A DNA stretch of 64,000 nt from Myxococcales bacterium (GCA_043747615.1 JAYTOU010000060.1:128001-192000), one strand, 5' to 3'; shown: positions 10,151 through 19,133, counted from the first letter of the stretch. Notes: generated by a model not told the origin, from the sequence alone. Translations and numbers: made by a program.

Positions 10151-11860
10151 ATGCGGAAGTGCGCGGTGCGGAGAATCATGGGCCTCGCTGGAGGGCTCAT
10201 CGCCATCGGAGGGTCCAGCTTCGCGCCCGCCCGCGCTCACGCGTCGACTGGATTTTACGTCGGATCGACGGACGCGCCGCTCGTGAATCACGCCGCCAAC
10301 GTGGTGCTCATGCGCGACGGAAAGCGCACCGTTCTGGCGATGGAAAACGACTACCAGGGACCGGCGCAAGACTTCGTGCTCGTGATCCCTGTGCCCTTCG
10401 TCATGCACAAGGACGGCGTGAGGACTCTGTCGAGAGAGGTGTTCGCTCACCTCGATCAGGTGACCGCGCCGCGCCTCATCGAGTACTGGGAGCAGGATCC
10501 TTGCGTCACGAAAGCGACGGCTGTCGCGACTCCAACGCCGACACCGAGTAGCATGCGGCTCCCAGTGCTGGCTGACACGCACGGGGTCAGCACCGAGGCG
10601 AAGTTCACGGTCGGCGAGTACGACGTCGTCATTCTCAACACGAAGGATTCGCGCGGTCTCGACGCGTGGCTCCGCGATGCGAAGTACAAGGTCCCCGCGA
10701 ACGCCGAAGCGCTCTTTCGCCCGTACGTGGAGCGCGGGATGAAATTTTTCGTCGCCAAGGTCGATCCCAAGAAAGTGAAGTTCGAAGGGGGCCGAGCGAT
10801 CCTCTCTCCGATCCGTTTCAGCTACGACGCGGAGACCTTCGAGCTTCCCCTGCGTCTGGGAGCGCTCAGCTCGGATGGCTCGCAAGACGTCGTGGTCACG
10901 ATTCTCGCCAAGGGACAGCGCTACGAGGCAGCCAACGTTCCGAACGTCGCCATTCCGACGAACCTCGATCTCAACGACGCAGCCAAAAAGCAATTCGGCG
11001 CGTTTTACGCAGCTCTCTTCGATCGTACGATCGAGAAAAATCCGCGCGCCGCCGTGACGGAATACGCGTGGGCCGTGACGACCTGCGATGCGTGCACGGC
11101 GCCCCCTCTCACCGCGTCGGATCTCGCGACTCTCGGCACCGATTCGCTTCCCGGCGCGCCCGTGTCGTGCGATCCGCCGTTCTATGTCGACAGCGACGGT
11201 CACCAACGACGCAAGCCCGAGTGCCTGGTCGGGTTCCCGACGCCACCCCCGCCGCAGAATGATCGCACGAGGAAGCACGGAGAGCACTCCGACGAGCTCG
11301 TGATGAGCCGCCTGCACCTTCGCTATGGCAAGGAGCCCCTGCCCGACGATCTCGTCTTGAGGGTTGGCGCCCCGCTCGCCGGAGGCCGCGAAATGGTCGG
11401 CTCCGATGGCGCTCTCGAGCACGGTGCGAGCGGTGCGAAAGCAAACCAGTTTCAGGCGCGCTATGCGGTGCGGCACTCCTGGGCGGGGGCCATCACCTGC
11501 AAGGAGCCGCATCGCGGAGTATGGGGGCCTCCACCCGGCACGAAGGCCGACGCGCTGGCGAAGGCCGCCGTCGGGGTCGCGTTCGCTGCGCGCGGAGCCC
11601 TGGCGATCGACGCACTGGTGAGTCCGGGCTCGCTCAACGACCTCGACGGTGTCGCGATCGCGCCGCCGGAGCCTCCGGTGAAACCACCCGTGGCGGAGCC
11701 ACCTCCGGATGCTGGTCCTCCGCCCGTGACGGACGCACCGAAGGCTGGATGCAAAGCGTGCACTCTACAGTCATCGGCCAGCGCGAACCCGTTCCCCGGG
11801 GCCTTGCTCCTCGTAGGCCTCGCCGTGGCCCGCCGGAAATCCCGGCGTCACCGCGCCTAA
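10151..11860 (+). CDS. DUF2330-family protein with MYXO-CTERM-like C-terminal sorting signal
   Basis: GFYV, VLAMENDYQGPAQDF, APRLIEYWEQDPC, FFVAKVD, FQARYAVRH; tail AGCKAC...hydrophobic...RRKSRR. Confidence 0.8.
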   Translation: MRKCAVRRIMGLAGGLIAIGGSSFAPARAHASTGFYVGSTDAPLVNHAANVVLMRDGKRTVLAMENDYQGPAQDFVLVIPVPFVMHKDGVRTLSREVFAHLDQVTAPRLIEYWEQDPCVTKATAVATPTPTPSSMRLPVLADTHGVSTEAKFTVGEYDVVILNTKDSRGLDAWLRDAKYKVPANAEALFRPYVERGMKFFVAKVDPKKVKFEGGRAILSPIRFSYDAETFELPLRLGALSSDGSQDVVVTILAKGQRYEAANVPNVAIPTNLDLNDAAKKQFGAFYAALFDRTIEKNPRAAVTEYAWAVTTCDACTAPPLTASDLATLGTDSLPGAPVSCDPPFYVDSDGHQRRKPECLVGFPTPPPPQNDRTRKHGEHSDELVMSRLHLRYGKEPLPDDLVLRVGAPLAGGREMVGSDGALEHGASGAKANQFQARYAVRHSWAGAITCKEPHRGVWGPPPGTKADALAKAAVGVAFAARGALAIDALVSPGSLNDLDGVAIAPPEPPVKPPVAEPPPDAGPPPVTDAPKAGCKACTLQSSASANPFPGALLLVGLAVARRKSRRHRA

Positions 11861-12576
11861 GCGATCTTTCGCACCAAGCGCTGGATCGCCATGAGGTTCC
11901 AGCCGGCGAACCCTAGAAACAAGAACACCAAGGCCAGCGCCCAGCGCGCGTCGCTCGGCGTCTCTGCGTCGACCACCAGCCAGGCTCCAGGAGGAACGGC
12001 AGCGCCCGATGCCGCCGCAATCGCATCCCTGAGGCCACGATGGCGCGGACCCGCCGAATCGAAGCGCACGAGACGCCCCGAGAATGCGGACGGCGGTACG
12101 AAACGCGCTGTCTCTTGGCCCATGGGAACGCGCATTTCCACCCAGACATCGGGACGGCCGGCCACCGGGGCCACGCGGTAGGTGTCGCTCGCGAAAGGCC
12201 GCTCGTAGCGAATCGCGCCGACGGCCGCGAGCATCCCGTGCGCGCGAACGAAACTGTTTTCCCTGAACGAAGTGGGCGGCGATGATCGCAGATCGCCCAC
12301 GTCCGTCGCCGTCGACGAAGTCAGCGCATAGACGGCGTCACGGGCCAACATGAAGACCATCGCCAGGGCCGCGACCGCCGTGAACCCCAAGATGAACAGG
12401 GTCGCGGTGCGCTCCGCCCGCGGAGGATCGGGGAGGGCCAGGAGCTCTGGGTCGACCGCGTCGACGTCGTCCTCTGTCAAGCGTTGCGAGCGTTGCGAGT
12501 GGGCGTCTGCTGGGCGCACCACTGCCCTGAGCGGAGGCTCGTCAGGAGGAGACGAAGTGAGGTCGGGGCGGCTCAT
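11857..12576 (-). CDS. Hypothetical protein with two TM segments
   Basis: Fills the gap; VDPELLALPDPPR, then TM, soluble domain, C-terminal TM. Confidence 0.7.
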   Translation of the reverse strand: MSRPDLTSSPPDEPPLRAVVRPADAHSQRSQRLTEDDVDAVDPELLALPDPPRAERTATLFILGFTAVAALAMVFMLARDAVYALTSSTATDVGDLRSSPPTSFRENSFVRAHGMLAAVGAIRYERPFASDTYRVAPVAGRPDVWVEMRVPMGQETARFVPPSAFSGRLVRFDSAGPRHRGLRDAIAAASGAAVPPGAWLVVDAETPSDARWALALVFLFLGFAGWNLMAIQRLVRKIA

Positions 12577-12691
12577 GTGGTGGTAGCCAAACGTACGACA
12601 AAATCGGAAAAAGGACGGGGCTTGATGCACCGACAGCATCGCCGCCCGAAAGGTTCCGCAAAACGTGGGTTAGGGGTAGTCTCTGCCTCCC

Positions 12692-13222
12692 ATGGCCGCC
12701 GCGAGCGCTTGTCCCAATTGTGGCTTCAAGAAAAACCCGCAGAACGCGGCACGTTGTGCATCGTGCGGCGCGAAGCTCGAAATTCTCGGAAAAATCTCGC
12801 GGTCGCGCGAAGAAGAGCTCGAGCGGCGATACCAGCAAGAGGGCGTGAGCATCCAGTGGATGGCGTACGCGCTCGTCGTGCAGGGTGTCCTCACCGCAGC
12901 CCTTGTTTTCGGGCTTCCGATGGTCCTTCCCGCCATCGACTTCGAGGGCGGAAACGGGATGACGATTTGCATCCCCGTGTGGTTCCTCGGCGGTCTCTTG
13001 GTGGGGATGATCTCGCCTGGCCGCACGTTCATCGAGCCGGTCGTAGCGAGCCTCATCGTCGCCATCCCCTCCACACTTCTGCTCGTGCAAAACCAAACCG
13101 TGCGCACGATGCCCACGTTCCTCTATGTGATCATGGCAACGATCGGCGTTCTCTTCACGCTCATCGGCGCGTACATCGGCGAGCGGATTCAGCTCGGACC
13201 GCCGCCGAAGGCCACCGAGTAA
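12692..13222 (+). CDS. Zinc-ribbon plus 4-TM membrane protein
   Basis: CPNCG...CASCGAKL followed by four hydrophobic segments. Confidence 0.8.
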   Translation: MAAASACPNCGFKKNPQNAARCASCGAKLEILGKISRSREEELERRYQQEGVSIQWMAYALVVQGVLTAALVFGLPMVLPAIDFEGGNGMTICIPVWFLGGLLVGMISPGRTFIEPVVASLIVAIPSTLLLVQNQTVRTMPTFLYVIMATIGVLFTLIGAYIGERIQLGPPPKATE

Positions 13223-13238
13223 TTCAACGCGGGTGAGC

Positions 13239-14468
13239 ATGGCGCCCGACGTCGTTATTGCTGGAGGCGGACCAGGCGGTTCCGTTTGTGCGGCGCGGCT
13301 CGCGCAGCGCGGGGTCTCCGTGCTCTTGCTCGAGAAGGCGAAATTTCCGCGCTTCCATCTGGGTGAATCGCTCCTCCCACAGTCGGTCAACGTCTTCCGC
13401 GAGCTCGGCATCATGCCGGAGCTCGAGAGACGATTCATGGTCAAGCGGGGCGCCCGCTTTCACGAGAGCAAGACCGAGCGCACCGTGCGCTACGATTTTG
13501 CCGAGGCCTTCGACAAGTCGACCACCTTCGCGTTTCAAGTCCCGCGCGATGAGTTCGACGAGCTCCTTCTGCGGCGGGCGCAATCGCTCGGTGCCGAGGT
13601 TCGCGAAGAGTGGTCAGTCACGCGCATTCGCTTCGAAGGCGGGCGCGCGGTCGGTGTCGAGGCACGTGATCCGGCGGGCAACGTGCACACGATCGACGCC
13701 AAGTTCGTGATCGATGCGACAGGACGAAGCGCGCTTCTCGCCCACACCGATCGCAGCATCACCAAAGTCCCCCACCTCGACAAAACCGCTATGTTTTCCC
13801 AGTATCGCAATGCCACGCGGGAGACGGGCGACAGCGAGGGAGACATCCAAATCATTCTCTTCGAAGGCGGCTGGTTCTGGATGATCCCGTTCAAGGACGG
13901 TCGCACGAGCTTCGGCGGTGTCGCTTCGAGCGAGTGGATGAAGGCGCGCGCTCCCGGCGAGACGATCGACGATCTCTACAAGCGCGCCATCCGCGAGTGC
14001 TCGGTCGCTACCCGGCTCCTCGCCGGCGCCGAGCAGCTCTTTCCCGCCGAAGCGACGGCCGACTTCAGCTTTCGCGTGAGGGATCTCGGAGGCCCGGGAT
14101 GGCTCGTCGTAGGCGACGCCGGAGGCTTCATAGATCCTCTCTTCTCGACCGGAGCGCACCTGGCGATGCACGGCGCACTGCATGGCGCAGACCTCGTTGC
14201 CGACGCGCTCGCCGCGAACGACACATCGTGCGAGCGTTTCGCTGCGTGGAAGACCACCATGCGGAGGGGCGCCGAGCTCTTTCTCGGGAGCGTGCAGGCG
14301 TTTTATCAAGGAACGCTCACCGAATATATTTTCGCGGAAAAACAGCACCCGTTTTTGCGTCACGCGATCACCTCGATGCTCGCCGGCGATGTCTTCCACG
14401 GCGACCAACGCTGGTCACGCGAGCTCACCGCGCGATTTCCTCCGGTGCTCGAGCCGCCCGCGAGATAG
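13239..14468 (+). CDS. Flavin-dependent halogenase-family protein
   Basis: GGGPGG, FPRFHLGESLLP, FMVKRGA (Lys), WFWMIP (WxWxIP), GDAGGFIDPLFSTG. Alternative start GTG 13233. Confidence 0.8.
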   Translation: MAPDVVIAGGGPGGSVCAARLAQRGVSVLLLEKAKFPRFHLGESLLPQSVNVFRELGIMPELERRFMVKRGARFHESKTERTVRYDFAEAFDKSTTFAFQVPRDEFDELLLRRAQSLGAEVREEWSVTRIRFEGGRAVGVEARDPAGNVHTIDAKFVIDATGRSALLAHTDRSITKVPHLDKTAMFSQYRNATRETGDSEGDIQIILFEGGWFWMIPFKDGRTSFGGVASSEWMKARAPGETIDDLYKRAIRECSVATRLLAGAEQLFPAEATADFSFRVRDLGGPGWLVVGDAGGFIDPLFSTGAHLAMHGALHGADLVADALAANDTSCERFAAWKTTMRRGAELFLGSVQAFYQGTLTEYIFAEKQHPFLRHAITSMLAGDVFHGDQRWSRELTARFPPVLEPPAR

Positions 14469-14515
14469 GCGAAAGTCGATGCGCGTGCGTTCTCTTCGTG
14501 CCTGTGCCGTGATCG

Positions 14516-14803
14516 CCACTCCTGCGCGGAAACGAAGCGACCGCGGCCCACGTTTGCTCGGGCAAGATTGAGGAGCAACGTCGGCGAAACCACGGCTCTC
14601 GCCTCGTCGAAGATGGCTACGGCGCGGCCGAAGCGAGCTGCGGCGCAGACCACATAGTCTTTTCGATCGAGCGCGTCCTGGCCTTCGTGACCGCGAGCAC
14701 GGGCCGCTTCCTTATCGTCGTTCGACTGCGCGAACGCGAGCGTTGGGACGAAGGCGAAACCGAGAATAAAAAGCGCGCTCGACCGCTACGTGCGGCGAAA
14801 CAT
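14516..14803 (-). pseudogene. 5' remnant of a secreted TPR (PEGA-associated type) protein
   Basis: MFRRT*RSSALFILGFAFVPTLAFAQSNDDKEAARARGHEGQDALDRKDY...PTLLLNLARANVGRGRFVSAQE. In-frame TAG at 14786-14788; similarity is lost after ~14516. Confidence 0.65.
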
Positions 14804-14830
14804 ACGCGGTCTTCAGGCCCCGCAGGGGCT

Positions 14831-15193
14831 CTAGTTGTCTTTTTGATCGCGGACGCGGGCGGCCTTGCCCTGAAGCTCGCGCAAGTAGAAGAGGCGTGCG
14901 CGGCGAACGACGCCCTTCGACACGATCTCGACCTTGTCGATGCGGGGGGAGTGCGTGAGGAACACGCGCTCGACGCCCACGCTGAAGCTGATCTTGCGCA
15001 CGGTGAACGTGCTGCGGGCCCCGGCGCGATGGCGCTTCAGGACGATGCCTTGGAAGATCTGAATACGATCTTTGTCCCCTTCGACGATTTTGTAGTGGAC
15101 CCGGACCGTATCGCCTACACGGAAATCAGGCAGGGCGGTGCCAGTGCGAAGTTGGGCGGACTCGATCTCGGCGATCTTCGGGATGGTGTTCAT
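14831..15193 (-). CDS. rplS: 50S ribosomal protein L19
   Basis: [28 protein letters not shown]...[17 protein letters not shown]...[10 protein letters not shown]. Confidence 0.97.
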   Translation of the reverse strand: MNTIPKIAEIESAQLRTGTALPDFRVGDTVRVHYKIVEGDKDRIQIFQGIVLKRHRAGARSTFTVRKISFSVGVERVFLTHSPRIDKVEIVSKGVVRRARLFYLRELQGKAARVRDQKDN

Positions 15194-15205
15194 TGGGGGA
15201 TGCGG

Positions 15206-15234
15206 CTTAAAGCATGTGACTTTCGCTCTGTCAA
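15206..15234 (-). promoter_or_regulatory. Putative sigma70 promoter of rplS
   Basis: Minus strand TTGACA-17 bp-TTTAAG with TG upstream of the -10, 12 nt before ATG. Confidence 0.5.
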
Positions 15235-15263
15235 CGTAGGGGCGCTCAAGGTAAGGGGAAATT

Positions 15264-15728
15264 ATGGGACTTTCGATCGGAGATCAGGCGCCGGAGTTCG
15301 AGGCCACGGCCAGCACGGGAACGGCGATCCGGCTCGCGGATTACCGCGGGAAAAAGAACGTCGTCCTCTACTTTTACCCTGGGGATTTCACACCGATCTG
15401 CACCGCCGAGGCCTGCGGGTTCCGGGACATGTACGACGAGCTTCAGGGGAAAGACACTGAAGTGATCGGCGTTTCGATGGACTCCGACGGGAGCCACAAG
15501 AAATTCGCCGCCGCCAACCACATTTCTTTTCCGCTCCTCGCCGACCACGACCAGTCCCTCTCCAAGAGGTACGGGGCCACCAACGCCCTCTTCGCGCTCT
15601 TCAATAAGAGCCGACGGGTCACCTTCGTGATCGACAAACAAGGGAAAATCGCCCAAATCCTGAGGAGCGAGCTCTCCTCGAAGAAGCACCTCGAAGGCGT
15701 CCGGGAAGCCCTCACCAAGCTCTCCTGA
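15264..15728 (+). CDS. bcp: Peroxiredoxin, BCP/PrxQ family
   Basis: [23 protein letters not shown]. Confidence 0.9.
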   Translation: MGLSIGDQAPEFEATASTGTAIRLADYRGKKNVVLYFYPGDFTPICTAEACGFRDMYDELQGKDTEVIGVSMDSDGSHKKFAAANHISFPLLADHDQSLSKRYGATNALFALFNKSRRVTFVIDKQGKIAQILRSELSSKKHLEGVREALTKLS

Positions 15729-15738
15729 GCGTCTCTTC

Positions 15739-15926
15739 TTGACCAACGCGGGCAGTGGTGACACTTTCCCGCCCCCTCATCCTGCAAACGTCGGAGCTCA
15801 GGCTCCCTGGTCCTACCGCTCCGGACCGGTCTCATCCCCAAAAAGATGCGAACGCCAAACGGGCTGATCTTCTACAAACGCCGCTGCCTCGTCTGTCCCA
15901 TCTCGGAGCGAAGTCAGGATTTTCAA
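15739..15926 (+). promoter_or_regulatory. Putative promoter and structured 5' leader of rplC
   Basis: TTGACC 15739 plus 17 bp plus CACTTT; several complementary segments (see findings). Confidence 0.4.
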
Positions 15927-16631
15927 GTGAATACTCTTCCCGGAATTTACGGTCGCAAGCTCGGCTGCACGCAGCTCTTCACCGCGGACGGCACCGTCCA
16001 GCGCGTCACCGTCCTCGAATGCGGACCCGTCGTGGTCGTCGGCAAGCGCACGATGGAAAAAGACGGCTACACGGCGCTCATCGTCGGCATGGACGAGCGC
16101 AAGGAAAAGCACACGTCGAAGCCCCTCGCCGGCATGTACAAGAAGGCAAGCGTCACCCCGAAGCGCTTCCTGAAAGAGCTTCGCGCCAACGACGAGTTCT
16201 GCGCCAAGTGGGAAATCGGCGCGACGATGAAGCTCGACGAGATCTTCAAGGTCGACCAGTACGTCGACGCGCAAGGCGTCACCCGCGGTCGCGGCTTCAC
16301 CGGCGTCATGCGCCGCTGGAACTTCGCCGGCGGTGTCGGCTCGCACGGAACGCACGAGTACTTCCGTCACGGCGGATCGATCGGCACGAACATGACGCCG
16401 GGTCGCACGCTCCCCAACCTCAAGATGCCCGGTCAGTACGGCAACGAGACACACAGCGTGCTCAACCTCAAGGTCGCGCGCATCGACGTCGACAAGCACT
16501 TGCTCATGATCCATGGCGGCATCCCCGGATCGAAGAACAAGATCGTCCTCGTCCGCCAGGCCGTGAAGAAGTCCAAGAAGAAGGTCGCTCCGCCCCAGAA
16601 GCAGGGCAAGCAGAAGACCGCCGCGGTCTAA
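15927..16631 (+). CDS. rplC: 50S ribosomal protein L3
   Basis: GIYGRKLGCTQLF, KDGYTA, GRGFTGVMRRWNF, SHGTHEYFRHGGSIG, TPGR. GTG start 15927. Confidence 0.96.
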   Translation: MNTLPGIYGRKLGCTQLFTADGTVQRVTVLECGPVVVVGKRTMEKDGYTALIVGMDERKEKHTSKPLAGMYKKASVTPKRFLKELRANDEFCAKWEIGATMKLDEIFKVDQYVDAQGVTRGRGFTGVMRRWNFAGGVGSHGTHEYFRHGGSIGTNMTPGRTLPNLKMPGQYGNETHSVLNLKVARIDVDKHLLMIHGGIPGSKNKIVLVRQAVKKSKKKVAPPQKQGKQKTAAV

Positions 16632-16641
16632 AGCTAACCCA

Positions 16642-17604
16642 TCAGAGGCAGGTGCCTTTGAAGCCGTGACGCGGCGTCGGATCACAGCCCGATGCCGCGA
16701 TTCGGCCGCTCGCGTCGAGCAGCGTCGACACGCTGCGAGTTCCGTCGGGCGGATAGATGGTGCAGATGCCTCTCACGTCTTCCTGCGTGAGCCGTCGCTT
16801 CTTCGCGCCCGCCGTCGAGTCCCCCGATTTGTACATGACGGCGTCCCGCAGCGGTGAGTGCGCGAGGCCGAAAAAATGGCCTAATTCGTGGGTGAGGACG
16901 GCTTGCAAATCGTACGTGTCGGGAGCGTCGCGGTTCGTGTCGTCGACAGGAACGATCGCGTAGTCGGCGGAGTTGAGCTCAAGGTCGGCGTCCAAGATCT
17001 CGCCCGTATGCGGATCGAACGTCACCGTGGTCAGGGCCACGGTCGGTGACTTGGGCAGGCCGCTCTCGTCGCGATCCTTCTGTTCGTAAGGCCACACGTC
17101 GTCGTGGAAGACGATGAGGTTTTCGTTCGGCCCCTCGCGATCGTATCCGGCGGACGTGCAGGAGACCGCTCCGAGATCACGCGCGTCGATGCTCGCACGC
17201 GACACGAGCTTGTCGGTCGAAGGGCAGCTCGCGCCGACCCACGTCGTGAACGCCGCCTCCACCGTGCGGGAGAAGACATCGAACGAAACGGCGTGGCTGG
17301 CGGCCTTTTGCAGGTCGTATCCGACGCACCCCGTCCGCCACCACAAGGGAGCGTTGGAGGCCTTTTTGTCGTGGACGCAAACGTCGGAATCCGCCCAATC
17401 GAGCGGCTCGCAGAGGCCACCGGGCGTGGGGTAGTCCCTGGGCGGCTGGCAGGTCGTCGTGCGGCAAAAACCGGAAGGACCGGTATCGGCGGAGTGATCG
17501 ATCCCCGTGGGTTCTTCCGCCCCCGACGAGCAGGCCGCCTGAGCGAGCGCGAAGGTCGCAACCACCGAGAACGATGCGAACGCACGCGGCACGCGGGAAG
17601 CCAT
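16642..17604 (-). CDS. Matrixin/M10-family zinc metalloprotease lipoprotein
   Basis: Lipobox AQAAC; ILDADLELN; THELGHFFGLAHS; Met-turn DAVMY. Confidence 0.85.
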   Translation of the reverse strand: MASRVPRAFASFSVVATFALAQAACSSGAEEPTGIDHSADTGPSGFCRTTTCQPPRDYPTPGGLCEPLDWADSDVCVHDKKASNAPLWWRTGCVGYDLQKAASHAVSFDVFSRTVEAAFTTWVGASCPSTDKLVSRASIDARDLGAVSCTSAGYDREGPNENLIVFHDDVWPYEQKDRDESGLPKSPTVALTTVTFDPHTGEILDADLELNSADYAIVPVDDTNRDAPDTYDLQAVLTHELGHFFGLAHSPLRDAVMYKSGDSTAGAKKRRLTQEDVRGICTIYPPDGTRSVSTLLDASGRIAASGCDPTPRHGFKGTCL

Positions 17605-17647
17605 CGCGGTGAAGCCTACATCGAAATCGACCTGCACGCCGAGTACG

Positions 17648-18388
17648 TCAGAGGCAAGCGCCGAGCTCGAGGCCTTTTACTTTGAAGGGAGTGCACACGG
17701 TTCCCGCCGTGCATTCCGCTTGCGACGCGCAGATGTGGAGCTCGCCGGCGCCGCACGAGGTCGCGCAGGCGCTCGCCGCAAGGCTCACGCTCCCGCGAAG
17801 AAAGCCACAGGCCGGATCGACAGCGAGTGTTCCTGCCGCGCAGCAGACCTTCCCGCCGTCGCAATCGAGAGTCTCTTCGCACGCCCACGCCGCAGATCCC
17901 ACGACCGGGCACGCCGTTCCTTTGGCTTGGCAGCTCGACGCGCTCCCGCTCACGTGGGGCGGCTCGCAGCACTCGTCGGCGGCGCCGCACACCATCGGCA
18001 TATTTCCCGGACCGAACGGACAGTAGACGCCGGGGCTCGCACGAAAGCGAAGCATGGGCGTACTGGGATTGCTGCACATAGCGGCATCGGCCGCGTCGAT
18101 CGTCATCGCAGAGTCGCTCACGTCGGCGTCGTGACCGGAGTCGAGGGCGGCGTCGTGCCCGGACTCAAGAGCGGCGTCGTCGACGGCTGCGTCCATCGTC
18201 TGGGCGTCGCTGCCTTGCCGCGCATCGCCCGCGCGTGAAGCGTCGCTGGGAGTGGCGCCGTCGGATTCCTGCGATCCGCCCCCGTCGGGATCTTCGTGGA
18301 CTCCTCCGGAGCTCGACGAGCTGCACGCCGCTACGACGCCGGCGATCATGACATACGACCATTGCTGCCTGAGAATAGTGCGGACCAT
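17648..18388 (-). CDS. Cys-rich lipoprotein with Asp/Ala linker
   Basis: VVAACSSSSS lipobox; DA-rich linker; many Cys pairs. Confidence 0.75.
   Translation of the reverse strand: MVRTILRQQWSYVMIAGVVAACSSSSSGGVHEDPDGGGSQESDGATPSDASRAGDARQGSDAQTMDAAVDDAALESGHDAALDSGHDADVSDSAMTIDAADAAMCSNPSTPMLRFRASPGVYCPFGPGNMPMVCGAADECCEPPHVSGSASSCQAKGTACPVVGSAAWACEETLDCDGGKVCCAAGTLAVDPACGFLRGSVSLAASACATSCGAGELHICASQAECTAGTVCTPFKVKGLELGACL
18125..18180. repeat. 24-nt tandem repeat (~2.3 copies) encoding DAALESGH/DAALDSGH
   Basis: ggcgtcgtgaccggagtcgagggc / ggcgtcgtgcccggactcaagagc / ggcgtcgt. Confidence 0.7.
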
Positions 18389-18443
18389 GCAGGAAGGAGC
18401 CGGGCTGCGCTGGAATGTCGCGCGTTATTTTCTGCCTCGGTGC

Positions 18444-18473
18444 TTGCGCGGGAAACGATGACGTTTCTATACA
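18444..18473 (+). promoter_or_regulatory. tetR promoter with putative operator palindrome
   Basis: TTGCGC-18 bp-TATACA; GAAACG-ATGA-CGTTTC at 18452-18467 lies in the spacer. Confidence 0.55.
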
Positions 18474-18482
18474 TCGAGCAAC

Positions 18483-19130
18483 ATGCGCAAGAAGAAGCAG
18501 CTCGTCGTCCGCTCCGCCGCCGGCCGGGGGCGCTACGACAGGCAGCAGCCTTCAGGAGAACGTTACGACGAGCAGCGCGCGCGTTTTCTTTCTGCCGCGG
18601 CCGATGTCTTCGCCACGAAGGGCTTCGCCGACGCCAGCGTGGAGGACGTGGTGGTCATCGCGGGCATGAGCCGCCGCACCTTCTACGAGCACTTCGACGA
18701 TCTCAGCGATGCGCTGATGCAGGTCCACGAGATGGCTGCGAGCATGTGCTTTCGCGTCGTGGAGGAGCGGGTTCGTGCAGCGCCGGACCCGGTGGCAAAG
18801 CTTCGCGCGGGAGTGTTCGCGTTCCTCGAGATGCTGTCGCAGCACGCGCCCCTCGCGCGCGTCGTGTTTCGAGAAGTTCGTGCTGCCGGCCGGGAGTTCG
18901 AAGTCCGCCGCGAAGCCACCGTCGCCCGCTTCGTGGGTCTCCTCTTCGAGGGAGTCGCCGAGGCCCACGTGGCCGGAATCGCGTCACGCGCCCCCGACGA
19001 GCTCACGCTCTACGCTCTCGTCTCGGCGATGGAAGCGGTGGGGATGCGCTACGTCGAGCGGCGTGAAGAAGCGCGGGCGACCGAAGCGGCCCCGGCCCTT
19101 ACGGAGCTGGTGATTCGCGCATTCCGCTGA
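18483..19130 (+). CDS. TetR/AcrR-family transcriptional regulator
   Basis: AADVFATKGFADASVEDVVVIAGMSRRTFYEHF HTH. Confidence 0.93.
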   Translation: MRKKKQLVVRSAAGRGRYDRQQPSGERYDEQRARFLSAAADVFATKGFADASVEDVVVIAGMSRRTFYEHFDDLSDALMQVHEMAASMCFRVVEERVRAAPDPVAKLRAGVFAFLEMLSQHAPLARVVFREVRAAGREFEVRREATVARFVGLLFEGVAEAHVAGIASRAPDELTLYALVSAMEAVGMRYVERREEARATEAAPALTELVIRAFR

Positions 19131-19133
19131 GGA

